This document shows, one piece after another, positions 37,716-49,846 of a stretch of 64,000 nt of DNA. The stretch spans positions 4,154,001-4,218,000 of the forward strand of contig CM102287.1 of the NCBI GenBank assembly GCA_046563655.1. Direction: 5' to 3'. The first letter of the stretch is position 1. Each line of letters opens with the position of its first letter. Made by a program: the position numbers and the translations under genes. Under the pieces are notes generated by a model, which made no database searches, was not told the origin of the DNA, and saw nothing but the letters and a program-made list of their open reading frames with translations. This stretch comes from Yuukianura sp. NJ FZ-2021. Lineage: Eukaryota.

Positions 37716-38359
37716 ATTTTCGAGATTGCATTAAAAGTATGTTGAAAAGTACATCATTGGCTAACTGCTCCCCTGGTTAGTGAGAAAAACGATTATTTGT
37801 TTTTAATTACCTAATAACTTAATTCTAAATGTTGGAATAATTAAAATAGTTTTGTATTTTGTCATATAGTTGCAATAAATTTTAACATTTATTGCAATTT
37901 CGCAATATACTTGAACTCCCTGTCGTTGCTTTTCCAGATTGGCTGACGTAAGCGTAACATTTAACCCTTGGTCTCACTATAAAAGTTACACTGACCTCCG
38001 TATGGCACCATGATGAGAAAATGCTAGTTTCATCGCGTCGATTAATCCAACTGATTATCAGTTTCATTTAATCAATTATATTTTTATTATACTTTGATTG
38101 ACGCAGATTTTACATCAGCAAAGTCCGTATGTTTAGCTGAAGTCATTGAAAGTCAAAACAAGGACTTTAGTTTCTACAAAAATTAAAAAAGGACAAGAGA
38201 ACTAAAATAATTGTTGAATACTTAATTTGATCAATCGATGATGGGGTTCCAGGAATACGTTGTAACTGGAAGTATCAATTTGAGTGACTTCTTGATACTC
38301 TGGGGAAGACGAGTTATTTTTGCAGGAAGAAAATAAGAAGATTGATGAAGTATCATTGA

Positions 38360-39176
38360 TTACAGCTCTTGTTTCTTCTTTGATTCCGTTTTGGGCTTGG
38401 ATTCTGCTTCGTGTTCAGGTTCCTTTTTAATTTTTTCAGTTAAGCACGAAGCATCTTGATTTTTCAGAACAATTGATTTGCAAAGGTAATCCTGAAGAGA
38501 AATCTCTCCTTGGCGCTTTTCATACCAATATTCGATGTTAGATTCATATCGTTCCAGCATCACTTCACATTGGGACTTGAGTTGAGTGACCTCCGCCGAT
38601 ATGGCTTGTCCCACATTTCATATGGAATTCCAATGTCAACTTTTACGCCCTTTGCCCTGTAAAAGTGACAAGCGTAAAACATAAACGTAAACGTTAAATT
38701 AGTTTGTAGTGTGTCGATTTTGGTTGACTTACACAAGACCGTGAAGCGTCGAGAATGTTTCACTCTGGCCTTTGGCAAATCTCGTACTGTCTCTTCGTTC
38801 TTTATGGATGTTGTACAGAAGGACTCCATCGCAAGCAGATTCCATTGACTCCAGAAGTCTCAGCATACTTGTTTTGTATTCCTTCTTCTCCTGGAGTCGC
38901 CTGTCAATGTGGTAACTAGTTTCGACGAGGCCGCCCAACTTAGCAGTTGCTTCCAATTTAGCTTCCAGCTCCGAAGAAAGTATTTTGCAAACTAGGCAAA
39001 AAAAGTCAAATTACAACCAATTATAAAACATTTTAAAATGGATTAGTGCTGATTTTCATGCCCTCACAATTACTGGCGTATTTTACACCGTAATTGGTTT
39101 CTTCGAAATCGTCAGCGTCAGCGACCGTCAAGGTCAAGCAGATTAGAATACCAAGTACATTACGCTTTACATTCAT
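38360..39176 (-). pseudogene. Canopy copy B (inverted): 2-nt insertion in exon 3 (~38600), exon-1 donor GT>GC, fused to a foreign polyQ ORF
   Basis: ORFs 38729-38956 and 38360-38614 match copy A. gacaagccatatcggcg here versus gacaaaccatcggcg in copy A. Confidence 0.85.
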
Positions 39177-39675
39177 CCTACTGCTGGACAAGCATGCTTG
39201 TCCAGCATCCGGTCTCTGCTGAGGCTGCTGCTGCTGCTGATGATGATGATGATATGGTTGTTGCAGTGTGTTCTGGGCGTGGGCAGGTACCGGCTGGTAC
39301 TGCTGAGAGTACATGAGGTCCGCACCCGCAGACATCATTTTGCTATGACTTTCAATTACGGACGGATCAATCAATTAATGCAGTCAATCGTACAACAAGC
39401 AAATCACTGTTTAAAAGTAAATGAATGATGCAGAAACGGAAGCGCACGTTTAATAACGTTTGGTAAATAATTTCGTCTTCTCTTCCGTTCTTCGTCTTCT
39501 ACTCATCCATGGCTCAACCGTCGGCAATTTCAGCTGCACCCCGCTTCTGATGATATCATCTGTCAAAATAGAGTGAGGACCATTAAAAAGTAGACACCAA
39601 CAAAGATAATAATATTTATTTTTCAGTTTCGGGGGGGGGGAGGGATGAATAACTTGACGACGTATGCTGCATGTA

Positions 39676-40040
39676 CTACGGTGGGGAATGTAGGGGAAAC
39701 GGCGGGAAATATGAGGAAAACTGTGGGGAACGTGGGGAAAACGGTGGGAAATGTGGGGGAACGGTGGGGAATGCGGGGAAACCTGTGGGAATTGTGGGGA
39801 AAACGGTGGGGAATGTGGGGGGCGGTGTGGAATGTGGGGTGGGGCGGTGTGGAATGTGGGGGGGGGCGGTGTGGAATGTGGGGAAAACTGTGGGGAATGT
39901 GGGGAAAACTGTGGGGAATGTGAGGAAAACGGTGGGAAATGTGGGGAAAACGGTGGGAAATGTGGGGGAAACTGTGGGGAATGTGGGGGAAACGGTGGGA
40001 AATATGAGGGAAACTGTGGGGAAAACGGTGGGAAATGTGG
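39676..40040. repeat. G-rich ~21-bp minisatellite (GGGGAAAACTGTGGGGAATGT)n
   Basis: Tandem units with many G-runs. Confidence 0.92.
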
Positions 40041-40067
40041 TTAGACTGTCTGTTAGACTGTCTGTCA

Positions 40068-43000
40068 GGTCGAGCACAAGTTGCAGGCTATACAGAGAAT
40101 CATGTTGTGTACAGTGAGCATGTGATTTTCTAGACCAAAAGTACCGTAACAGACATGTGCACAAATATCGCATATTTTGGATTCAATGTTGTATCGTGGC
40201 GGATCTCGACAAATCCGGAACGAAACTCCAGTTTGTGCTGGAACTGGAAGTTGTACTGGCCTTGGAGGAATAGTTGAAATGGGCAGACGTGTAGATGCTG
40301 AATCATCGCTGGAACTGTTGGAAGTTGATTGTGGTGATCCGACACTGATTGACGTCGGCTCGAGATTACGCAATTTTTGAACAGGAGCAACCGACTGAAC
40401 CGGTTTAGGTTTCGACACTACTTGACTAATAATCGGAACTTCAGAAACGTCAGATTGTGGTTCTCCTGGGAGTTGTCCTTCGGCAGCGGGCGCTGAGGCT
40501 GATTGGAAGCAAAAAAAAATTGAAAATTAAAAACTGACATTTTCGAAAAATTGTTAATTGAAATTACAATGTTACATACGAGGTGATTCTTCTTCTTCGT
40601 TAGCAGTATCTTGGGCTTGACCTCTACCCACAAATTTTTTTGCCCCAAGTGCTCTGTCCGTCATCATCCGTCGTTGGGTCGGCTTAGGTTTGTCCTTGAC
40701 GTTCCACTTCAGTTCCAGTTTTCGTCTTCGTTGTATCTGTTTCCTCGTCACTTCGTCAGAATGTAACCACTCATGTTGCAAATAGGTTGACATTTTCTTA
40801 AACTTGGCGCCACACATGGGACAGGCATACTTGAATCCTAGCAGTAAATCTTCACTTCCGTCGGGCAGTCTTAGAGGCATAGTAGGATCTCGTGATACTG
40901 GTGCTGCTAAGTCTTCTAAAGTTAGGTTTCTTTTCGGTTCTCCTGGAGGTGGAGCAATCTGTCCAGCAACTGATGACGAACCAGCACCTACATCTATATC
41001 TCGTTCTGGCTCTACTTGTTCTCGCACCGTCGGAACAGTTGGGACGATTTCTTCTACTGCAGGTTGATTCGGTAAAACTGAAACTGGTTGCGGTAGCACC
41101 GGTTCTGGAATCTGTATCGATACTGGAATCGGTATCGGTACTCTGACAATTGGAGCTTCAGCAACTACGTCTTCTTTTCTGGCATATTCCTTGTTTCGAT
41201 GAAACTGAAGACTCTGTGAAGACTCAAATCGCTGAGAACAATTTGGGTGCATACAGATATACGGTTTTCGAATTCGGGCTGAATGTGACTCTCTTCGATG
41301 AGCAAGAAGATGCATTTTGGATCCAAGCACACGTGGACAGAATTCACATTTAAAACGTCCTGGACGATCACTGGGCAGCTCCGAATCGTTGGCCTTGTCA
41401 CCAACTCCATCTTCATAGTTGAGTGTAAGCGTTGCTTTGGGGACTCCAGGAACACCAGCATTTGGGTCTGGTCCATCCAGTAAGTCCAAAAGTGAACCCA
41501 TATCTGAAATACTACATTTGACACCGTTTGTCATGTCAAATGGAATCACACTTTCAGAGGGGTCAATTATAGGTGGTGATACCTCATCTACTTCGAACAT
41601 GTCGGCCAATGGATACGCTTCGTCTTCATCTTCTTCTTTTGGTCTCGCTCACCAACTTTCAGAAGCACTGGTGTGATTACTTCGTCCTCTTCTGGTGCTT
41701 CACACGTTTCGTCAACGATTTCTTCCTTGACAGGTCCAAGTTCAATGATTCCATTTCGGACATAAATTGGTCCAGAAGCTTGATAAGTTTGAACCGGTTC
41801 GGCATTTTGAAGCACCGGTTCGACAGTGGCGTGTGTGACACTCAGGGGTCACATGGGCTTGAGAGACAAAGGATGATAGTGCAGAAAAAATATTGACTCG
41901 GTTGTTTCTGACACAAACGGAGAAGGTGGTTCGCGAAGTGAATCTTTCCGGATTGGTCGAATGTGTTTCCTGGCAACTGCAATTTGTCCTCTTAGATCTC
42001 TAGTATTTTTGTCCAGAAGATCCACCGAGAGAGATCCTGTTGCAAGAGAATGTTTCTGAGAAATGTGTCTTGACAGGCCATTGGGTTTTTTGAACCTCGC
42101 TTGACAAAATTGACAAACGTAGTCCATACGTTCAGGGACAAACGGTGAAAGCTTGGTTTTGTTACTGTGAAAGGCTTCGTGAGCTTCAAGTTGCATAGGA
42201 TTTGGAAAAAATCTGGAACAGTAGTTGCATTTGGTGCGTTGTGGTTCTTGAGGATGAACTTTTTCCATATGACTTTTGAGGGCATCTTCATCTTCAAAGG
42301 ACGATTTGCATGGACGACAACGAAATGCTGGTTTTGGTGTAGAAGTTCCTGGCTTTTCATCGTCTTCTTCAGAAGACTCCGATTTTTGATCTTCTGACTC
42401 CGATTCGGAATCGGAACCAAACAGTTTTGTCTCCTTTTCCGTTTCAGTTTTTGCTGATACGCTCTTGGCAAGATTTTCTTCAAACTGGCGCAACGATTCA
42501 CGAAACTCATCCAAATCGTTGACTCGAGTCGAGCAAATTCTTGGTTCCTTGATTTCAACTTCTTCGGCAAAATCAGAAAGGTCTCTGAGATTTGAATAAA
42601 AAAAAAATTAGAAAATTCAACTCCAAAATTCAAAATGTGTTGAAATGGCCTTACCCTGTAGGCAAATTGTCGAGAGATGCTGCTGCTACTGAAGATGAAA
42701 TATTGACAGTTTTTGATGGCGAGCTTGTTCTGGGCATAGAGTAACCATGACGATTCGATTTTTTTTTCTTTTAGCTAGAGTGGACATAAGGCATTTTTTC
42801 AACAAAATTTTTGAAACATTTCCAAAGCGAAAAAAAACCGTTTTCATCCCAAGTTTAAGCCAGGTTCACACAAACGATGAATTGCAGGTACCATTTTACC
42901 ATTACCATTAACTACTTAAAACTATTTGGAATTAAGTGAGATTTTATTTCACAACAGAGTTTAAATTCGCGAATCGGAAATACTCTGGATCTAACATTAC

Positions 43001-43912
43001 TGACCTCTGAAAATTACAGTTTTGTTAGAAGTGTTACGAATAGTAGTTGGGTTTAGCTTAATGGTTTCCTGTTTGGCTATGTAATGAAACCTAATCTTAC
43101 AGTATTGTCTAATGACCAAGCGAAGCAAAGTAAGCACGTGTGAAGACTCAAAAGTGTGTTCATCCATGCTGATCATCCTCAATTCTCCGAAGATGTCCCC
43201 TTGCTGAAGAGTTTGGAGGGTGACAACGTTAAGTATTAGTAATTAGAATTAGGAAATAGTAACTTTAATTTAACTTTTTCGAAAGCAATTTTAGCAGGAG
43301 GACGAATTGTTGGGTTGCTGTCACCTCTTCTAGGCATACTACTAGTCACCAGTTGTATCGTGACAGATATGGGCGGATATTTTGTCTCAAAACCCCTGCT
43401 TTTCGCAATTCTATTCATAATTTTAGAAATTTTGAAGACTGAAAATCTAAATTTCATTTTTGGTGTGAACCTTGCTTAAACTTGGGATGAAAGCGGTTTT
43501 TTACCTCTTTTAACCTCTTTTAATTTGTTTCAAAAATTTTGTTGAAAAAATGCCTTATGTCCACTCTAGTTAAAAGAAAAAAAATCGAATCGTCATGGTT
43601 ACTCTATGGTTCTGGGAGACTTTCTCGTTGTAAACAGTTTCTTCTTGCGTCTTCGTTTCCGATTACCGCTTTGTGTATTTGAACTGGAAGGAGATGGGCT
43701 CTTCCCGTCCTCTGAGTCTGATTCCGAATCAGAGTCATCCTGGCCAGTATCCGCTGCTGAAGATACTTCTGGAACCAGAATAGGCATCTCCGACGTCCTG
43801 TTTTGTTTGGCACGAGCAATGTCAGTACCGTTGTCTTCCGGTGTTTCCTTGTCTTGATCCTCTTCTTAAGAAGATAACTCATTCGCCCCCTATTGCGACG
43901 ACCCCGAGCACT
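40068..43912 (-). pseudogene. ZF gene copy C (inverted): partial exon 1, exon 2 and partial exon 3, disrupted
   Basis: ~60-bp insertion near 41830-41895, frameshift near 41640, TE in exon 1, truncated at both ends. Confidence 0.88.
42735..43608. mobile_element. Non-autonomous DNA transposon, CATAG...CTATG termini, long TIRs, 8-bp TSD GTTCTGGG (P-element-superfamily-like)
   Basis: TIR CATAGAGTAACCATGACGATTCG... TSD at 42727-42734 and 43609-43616 inside ZF exon 1; empty in copies A and B. Confidence 0.85.
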
Positions 43913-43920
43913 CTGGCACC

Positions 43921-44265
43921 CTTTTGACCCCTTAAGGGGTCAAAGGGTCAAGGACTTGGAATTTCCGGATTCTGACTCCACAGCTGTAGTGGGGGGACCT
44001 AATGGACTTGTTTTTTGGATAGTGATCTTTTGACCCCCTTGAGGGGTCAAAGGGTCAAGGACTTGGAATTTCGGGATTCTGACTCCACAGCTGTAGTGGG
44101 GGGACCTAATGGACTTGTTTTTTGGACAGTGACCTTTTGACCTCTTAAGGGGTCAAAGGGTCAAGGACTTGGAATTTCGGGATTCTGACTCCACAGCTGT
44201 AGTGGGGGGACCTAATGGACTTGTTTTTTGGATAGTAACCTAAAATTTGGAATTTCGGGATTCTA
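43921..44265. repeat. ~107-bp tandem repeat x3 with internal palindrome TTTGACCCCTTAAGGGGTCAAA
   Basis: AGGACTTGGAATTTC recurs at 43951, 44058 and 44164. Confidence 0.9.
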
Positions 44266-44289
44266 GTGTCGTTGGTCAAGGTCAAGTAT

Positions 44290-44800
44290 TTAAATTGTGT
44301 TTACCATTAGGTGCTGAAAATTGTTTTTGGAAATGCCAAGCAGTAACTCGTAGTCATCATTAGTGAGGTCGGACTTTTCCCCAAAGTCTGTACGAATCTT
44401 GGCAGTAAGGTCAGTCGTCAGGAAATGGATCCAGCCAGAAATTCCATTAGGTGGCGCTGCCAGTGTTGAATGTCGTGCTGTGATTTTCATCAGAGCGTCC
44501 AAGATGAAGCTTTGACCCTCCAGGTGACTTGAGCAGACGCGGTTGTTTGCACCAACCAGAATTCTTGTCTTCTTCCAGGCGTCATGGATGGCCCAACGTG
44601 GGATTCTTTGCCTTCCTTTTGGATCTGCGCACAAGAAGCAGCACCTTTGTGTAGTTTTCGTACGCAGAATTCCAGGAATTTTGACAAGATTGGCGTCGAT
44701 GTAATTTTCTGTGATGGTCTTGGGCTTAGAGTCATGTGCAGGACCGGTGTATGCCTTCCTTTTCAACCGATTTTCAGACAATTTTTGAATGCCAAATGTC
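44290..44800 (-). mobile_element. Transposase N-terminal fragment (THAP-like C2CH plus helical segment; PIF/Harbinger/ISL2EU-like)
   Basis: CFLC-x31-CSSH with IP and W, followed by LTNDDYELLLGISKNNFQHL, a pattern seen before DDE_Tnp_4-type domains. The catalytic domain is absent. Confidence 0.55.
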
Positions 44801-45008
44801 AACTGTTGGAGATCACAAGACTGGGATGCGATCACGACTCGCTGACTCAGGTCCAAGTTCCGTTGTTGTAGGGTAGAGCAGTACATTCGGAATATTTGAA
44901 GTCTCGTCTCCAATTTTCCGGACACTGTTGTAATGGTTACCTAAACCAAGAAAGTCTCATTAATGTATCATTTTTGGTTACCAACTATAAAACGTTATAT
45001 TATATATA

Positions 45009-45704
45009 CCCTAATTCCTCGCCTACAAGCCGCGGATTATCTGAGAAATTCCGAAAAATTTTGAAAACAAAATAATTTTTTTTCGCTGAAAACTGAAGAA
45101 TTTTGTTAAAAATCTGTCGGAATTGCCGGTAAATGTTCTACATCCTATTTAAAACGGCTTTCATCTAATGTTAATTCATCAAATCCAGCATTTTTGTCAC
45201 GGTTCTGGTGTCTGGCGAATCAAATTTGTACAAATTCGTGCATAATTAAAAGATGTTTGGAGGAAACTGGGAATACTTTTACTTTCACCGGGTAACCGGA
45301 TTTTTTATAATTTCTTTCTGAAAAAAATTAACCTAACCTAGCCTACCAATATTGTTTAAGCCCTTTAAAACGTAACCGAGTTAACTTGTAAAACGTTGAT
45401 AAAAAATTAACATGAGCCCTTATGGGGACATTTCAATTTTCAAACTTTTTTAAAAATTTCAGTTTTTGAGATTGTAGTAAAAAAAAATATTTTTTCATTG
45501 TCAGGGGTGCATAAGGTATTTCAGGAAAAAAAATAAAAAAAATGGAGTTTCACGATGAAAGTACAATAATTAACCTGAAACTGTAGTAATCTGTACAGTT
45601 TCCTTTTTAACTTTAAAGTTTGCGTTTTTGCGCTGTCAAGGTATTTTTGAAAATTTCTTGGTGCGGCTTATACGCGAGTGCGGCTTGTAGGCGAGGAATT
45701 AGGG
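45009..45704. mobile_element. Tc1/mariner-pogo-like MITE in OTU intron 3
   Basis: TIR CCCTAATTCCTCGCCTACAAGCCGC at both ends, flanked by TA. Confidence 0.8.
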
Positions 45705-46289
45705 TACAACAGTGTTTTTGCTTTTTTACCATTTTCATAAAAGATGTGCATTTCCAATTGAGGTCCACCAGACAATGTTCGAAATTGTAATGGACTTTGA
45801 TTCAGTTGGTGGATTATAAGAGCAACATTATGCAACCGAGAAAAGGCAGCAATTGATTCATTTCCGGCGTATGTTCCTGGTTGCGAGAGTTGTGACACTA
45901 AAAAGACAGACACTGGAGGGTCGAATTGTTTTTAAACGTGAAACTAGTTTAATCTTAAGGGAATTACAGTATTCGTCAAATGTACTATCGTTCTCGTCCA
46001 AAAAAGGTTCAAAATCATTTCTGTTATTTCGCATGTAGGCCACAACATTTCTCCTATGTGTCAAGTGGTTGATCTTCCGTCAATTTGATCCGCCAGACTA
46101 CGAAAAAGGCAGTTGCTATAAATAAAAATGAAAAAATAAAGTGCAATAAGTAATTGTATAATTGCATAATAAGTTTACAAAAATAACTTACCCATCCCCC
46201 CTCATTCTGCGTATATCAAGACCTCGGGAAGCCAACTGCTGAGTAACTAGCTTAGCGGAGTGGCCAAAGTTCCGATCAGTTCCGCACAT

Positions 46290-46600
46290 TGTTTTAGTTC
46301 CAGAGGTCAATCCAGGTCGAGTTGCAAAATCTGTTCCAGAATTCATTCTCGTTTGAGAGGTCAGTTCAGTTGCAGAGGTCATTTCAGGTCGAGTTGCAAA
46401 ATCAGTTCCAGAGGTCATTTCAGTTCCAGAGGTCAATTCAGTTCCAGAGGTCATTTCAGTTCCAGAGGTCATGTCAGTACCAGAGGTCATTTCAGTTCCA
46501 GAGGTCAATTCAGTTCCAGAGGTCATGTCAGTTCCAGAGGTCATTTCAGTACCAGAGGTCATTTCAGTTCCAGAGGTCATTTCAGTTCCAGAGGTCATTT
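46290..46600 (-). repeat. 18-bp coding minisatellite encoding (TSGTEM)n
   Basis: CCAGAGGTCATTTCAGTT units, in frame in ORF 46188-46760. Confidence 0.9.
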
Positions 46601-47234
46601 GTTGAATTTTCCGGTTTTTCATAAGTCCAGACGCATTCCTCATTCCCGCAAAACATTTTCCGCATATACTGCGAGATTTCCCATCAACATAGTACGCACG
46701 AGTATTGGAAGCATTCCAGCGAGAACAACAGCATTTGCAGTCACACTGCCACTTTCCCATGCTTCAACTTTAACGTTAAAAAGCTGAGCTAATTAGATTA
46801 CTGAGCAAAATTAATCTAGAACTGAAACGTAATTAGGTAGTAATGTGGAAAATTCTTAAACCAAAAATGAACAAATCAAAAATATAATTGAAAATCCCCA
46901 GCAATCAAAATTAAAGAGACATCATCTCCCAGAAGTGTTTCTACTATAATCTCAGAATTTTCAATAACTTTTTCAAGCCACATTTTGTGGGTGTAAGTGT
47001 TGTTAAATAAACAGTTTTCACTCTCTTCAAAAAAAAAATTAAAGAAAATACGGAATCTTTTATTTCAATACAGTAATTCATAATTGTTCATATTAATTTC
47101 AACATATACACACAAAGCGGCAACTGTTGCCAAGGCATCATTTTCAGGATTCTTAGAGAAAGTCGACGTTTTTTTTTTTAGAAAAAACGGCCAAAAGTGA
47201 ATGTCCCTTTCGAGCAATTTCAAATGCAAGGACT

Positions 47235-47586
47235 ACTTACGACACCCTGCCGTGACACCTTCGCTGCGTCCTACCTAGCAACATCATCTTCCGTTCTTGG
47301 TCATCCTGCTGCCATTGCCGAAATCCATAAGCATGACCTCTACCGTGACCTTGACCATCGATTTATTGTTTCCATCATTGCAGTCGAGACAACTGGAGTC
47401 TACGGGGAAGAAGGCCGACGTCTACTCAATTCCATTGGACATCGCCTCTCAGAAGCCACCGGTGACAATCGAGCAACATCCTTCCTTTTTCAACGAATTA
47501 GCCTTGCCATCCAAAGAGGAAATGCCACTTCTATATTGGGAACCCTACCGTCAGGAAAAAAACTCTACGAAATCTATATGATTTAA
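47235..47586 (+). mobile_element. Non-LTR retrotransposon 3' end, restriction-like endonuclease region (CRE-like)
   Basis: CRDTFAASYL...AE..K...Y..L...AVETTG.YG.EG......IG.RL...TGD.R..SFLFQRISLAIQRGNA.SILGT. Confidence 0.75.
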
Positions 47587-47633
47587 ACATTTTTTAAATA
47601 CCTCTTTGAATACCTCAACCTGCCTCTGGCAGG

Positions 47634-48434
47634 AGTAGGTACAATGTGTAGGAATAGCCCAAAATGTCAATCAAAATAATGATTGACAGGTAGGGTTTTA
47701 GCATTGGCCTATTGTTAGGTTTGGGTAATTAAAAAAACTAATTAATAAATAAATACTAAATAAAAATAATTAGGACTAATTAACTAACCCCCCCCCCTCC
47801 CCGACTAATTAACTAATCCCCCCCCCCTCGGCAAATGGGGGTTTTGTATTTGTTTGGGTTAGGTAAGTGTAATTAAAAAGGGCTAATTAATAAATAAATA
47901 TATTAATCAACTAATTAACCCCCCCCCCCCGAATTAACCCCTATTAACTTCATCGGTTAACCCCCCCCCCCGACTAATTAACTAACCCCCCCGGACTAAT
48001 TAACTAACCCCCACCCCTCGACTAATTAACTAACCCCCACAATATCCCCCCCTGACTAAACTAACCCCCCCCCCCGAGTAATTAACTACCCCCTTAACCC
48101 TTACAAAGACAATTGCATTACCCCCTTCCCCTCACCACTAATAAATTATCCCTCCTCCAACTTCGTGGAGTGGGGGGTGTCAGTGAAGGGCGGGGTAGAA
48201 AAGTTAACTGTGGGGCTTGAATACAAAACCCCCATTTGCCGAGGGGGGGGATTAGTTAATTAGTCGGGGAGGGGGGGGGGTTAGTTAATTAGTCCTAATT
48301 ATTTTTATTTAGTATTTATTTATTAATTAGTTTTTTTAATTACCCAAACCTAACAATAGGCCAATGCTAAAACCCTACCTGTCAATCATTATTTTGATTG
48401 ACATTTTGGGCTATTCCTACACATTGTACCTACT
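47634..48434. mobile_element. Foldback MITE, ~215-bp TIRs, AGT...ACT termini, 6-bp TSD GGCAGG
   Basis: 47634-47850 is the inverse of 48220-48434. Internal CTAATTAACTAACCCC repeats. Confidence 0.85.
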
Positions 48435-48914
48435 GGCAGGTGTAAGTTTTTTCAGTTCTGTGGTGTTAAATAAAAGAAAAGAAACTTACAACATCACGAA
48501 ATTTTGGCGCTTACCTGAAAAGCCTATGATTTATCAACCGTAAAAATCTGGTTATGTTGTAAGTAGTCCTTCTACAGATTTTTGTGGGCTCAATTTAAAC
48601 CAATAATCGAAAACGTCCTTTTCTTATTAAATTTTTAGCTTTTTGAACTATGGAATTTTGCTTGTTAAACAGACAAAAATGTTCCTTCTAAATTTTGAGT
48701 CTTGAAATTTGGAATTCCTTTTTGAGTTGACCGAAAAAGCGTTTTGATTTGAGGGTACATGTAGAGGCGACGGATTTACTTCAACCTGAGACGTTTATAG
48801 GTGCGACGCGTTAAACATCAACTGAAGAACTGCATGAACTGAAAAAACTGAACTATAATAGAAATTTAGTCAATTAATTGGAATTTTTAACTTCCTTGCT
48901 TAATATTTTTAAAG

Positions 48915-49846
48915 GTTGCTCCAAATCAAAATTCTGCCGAAGTCATAGTGGATTCGGATCCAACGGAAGCGGAAGATGACGAGTCGTTCCGTCTCCATGA
49001 ACTGCTAAGGAATCCACAAACTGGTGACTACCAATGCTGTCTCTGTATGGACGAGTTCCTGGACTATGAGGTGTTAGATGATCACATGGTCATTGGGCAC
49101 GACGTGAGCTTATTCAAGAAAATCTCCGTTCGAGTTTTTCTTTTATTTAAAATTTTTAAGTCCCTGAACCAGAAACCGCAGATTTTCAAATGTACAGCCT
49201 GCAAGAAAATATTTCTGGACAATTCGTCTTTCAGACGTCACTGGTCAGATTCCACAGCAGTACGAATCAAACGCCTGACTCGAACTGTACTTTGGAAACA
49301 AGTCAGGGTGACTCGGACATTGAAATTCTGGAAGACGATCCACCGGATATCCCGCAGCATCAGCATCCTCTCCCGCCAGTACTTGTACCAACACTGACCA
49401 AGATCGAAAGAAATACTGACGATATGGATTCGTTTTCCAAAATTCAGAGTGTTTCTGGGACACTCCACGTGAGTGACATTCGAAGTGTGACAACTTCTCT
49501 CCCATCACATGCATCAGCACAGAATATGTCCAAGAAACACTTTGTACCTGTAGGCGGATCAGCCAAACTGGCTCGGATGTTGCAGCAGTCGACTAGTACT
49601 GGCAGAAGTACTATACTGCCAGTATCCAGTACTCCTGGATCAATTGTAGCTCCAATGCGAACTGTCTATGCTTGTGGACAGTGTGACAACTTGTACTCAA
49701 ATCAAGTTGATTTGAACAACCATGTTGTACGATACCGCAAAACTTTAAGACTTAAGGATCCAGAACCGCTGAAATTGACTGACAGCGATACTGTTGTGAT
49801 GGACGCTTCAGACATGCCCAGTAATGGTAGCCGAAACCTAACCTAA
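48915..49846 (+). pseudogene. ZF exon 4 copy D (frameshift near 49250, internal deletion)
   Basis: ORFs 48948-49397 and 49190-49846 match exon 4 of copy A in two frames; only an intron-3 remnant lies upstream. Confidence 0.85.

Larger units (their letters stand above)
44813..46760 (-). pseudogene. OTU-family cysteine protease/deubiquitinase gene; exons 46760-46192, 46115-45968, 45897-45730, 44940-44813; frameshift near 46070
   Basis: Spliced product contains MRGDG|NCLFRSLADQ, FEPFL, SQPGTYAGNESIAAFSR, IIHQLN and HIFYENG|NHYNSVR. N-terminal Cys cluster and (TSGTEM)n repeats. Confidence 0.8.

Noticed and set aside
39645..40173. Metallothionein-like CGECG and VGNVGKT ORFs
   Set aside because: Multi-frame read-through of a G-rich minisatellite.
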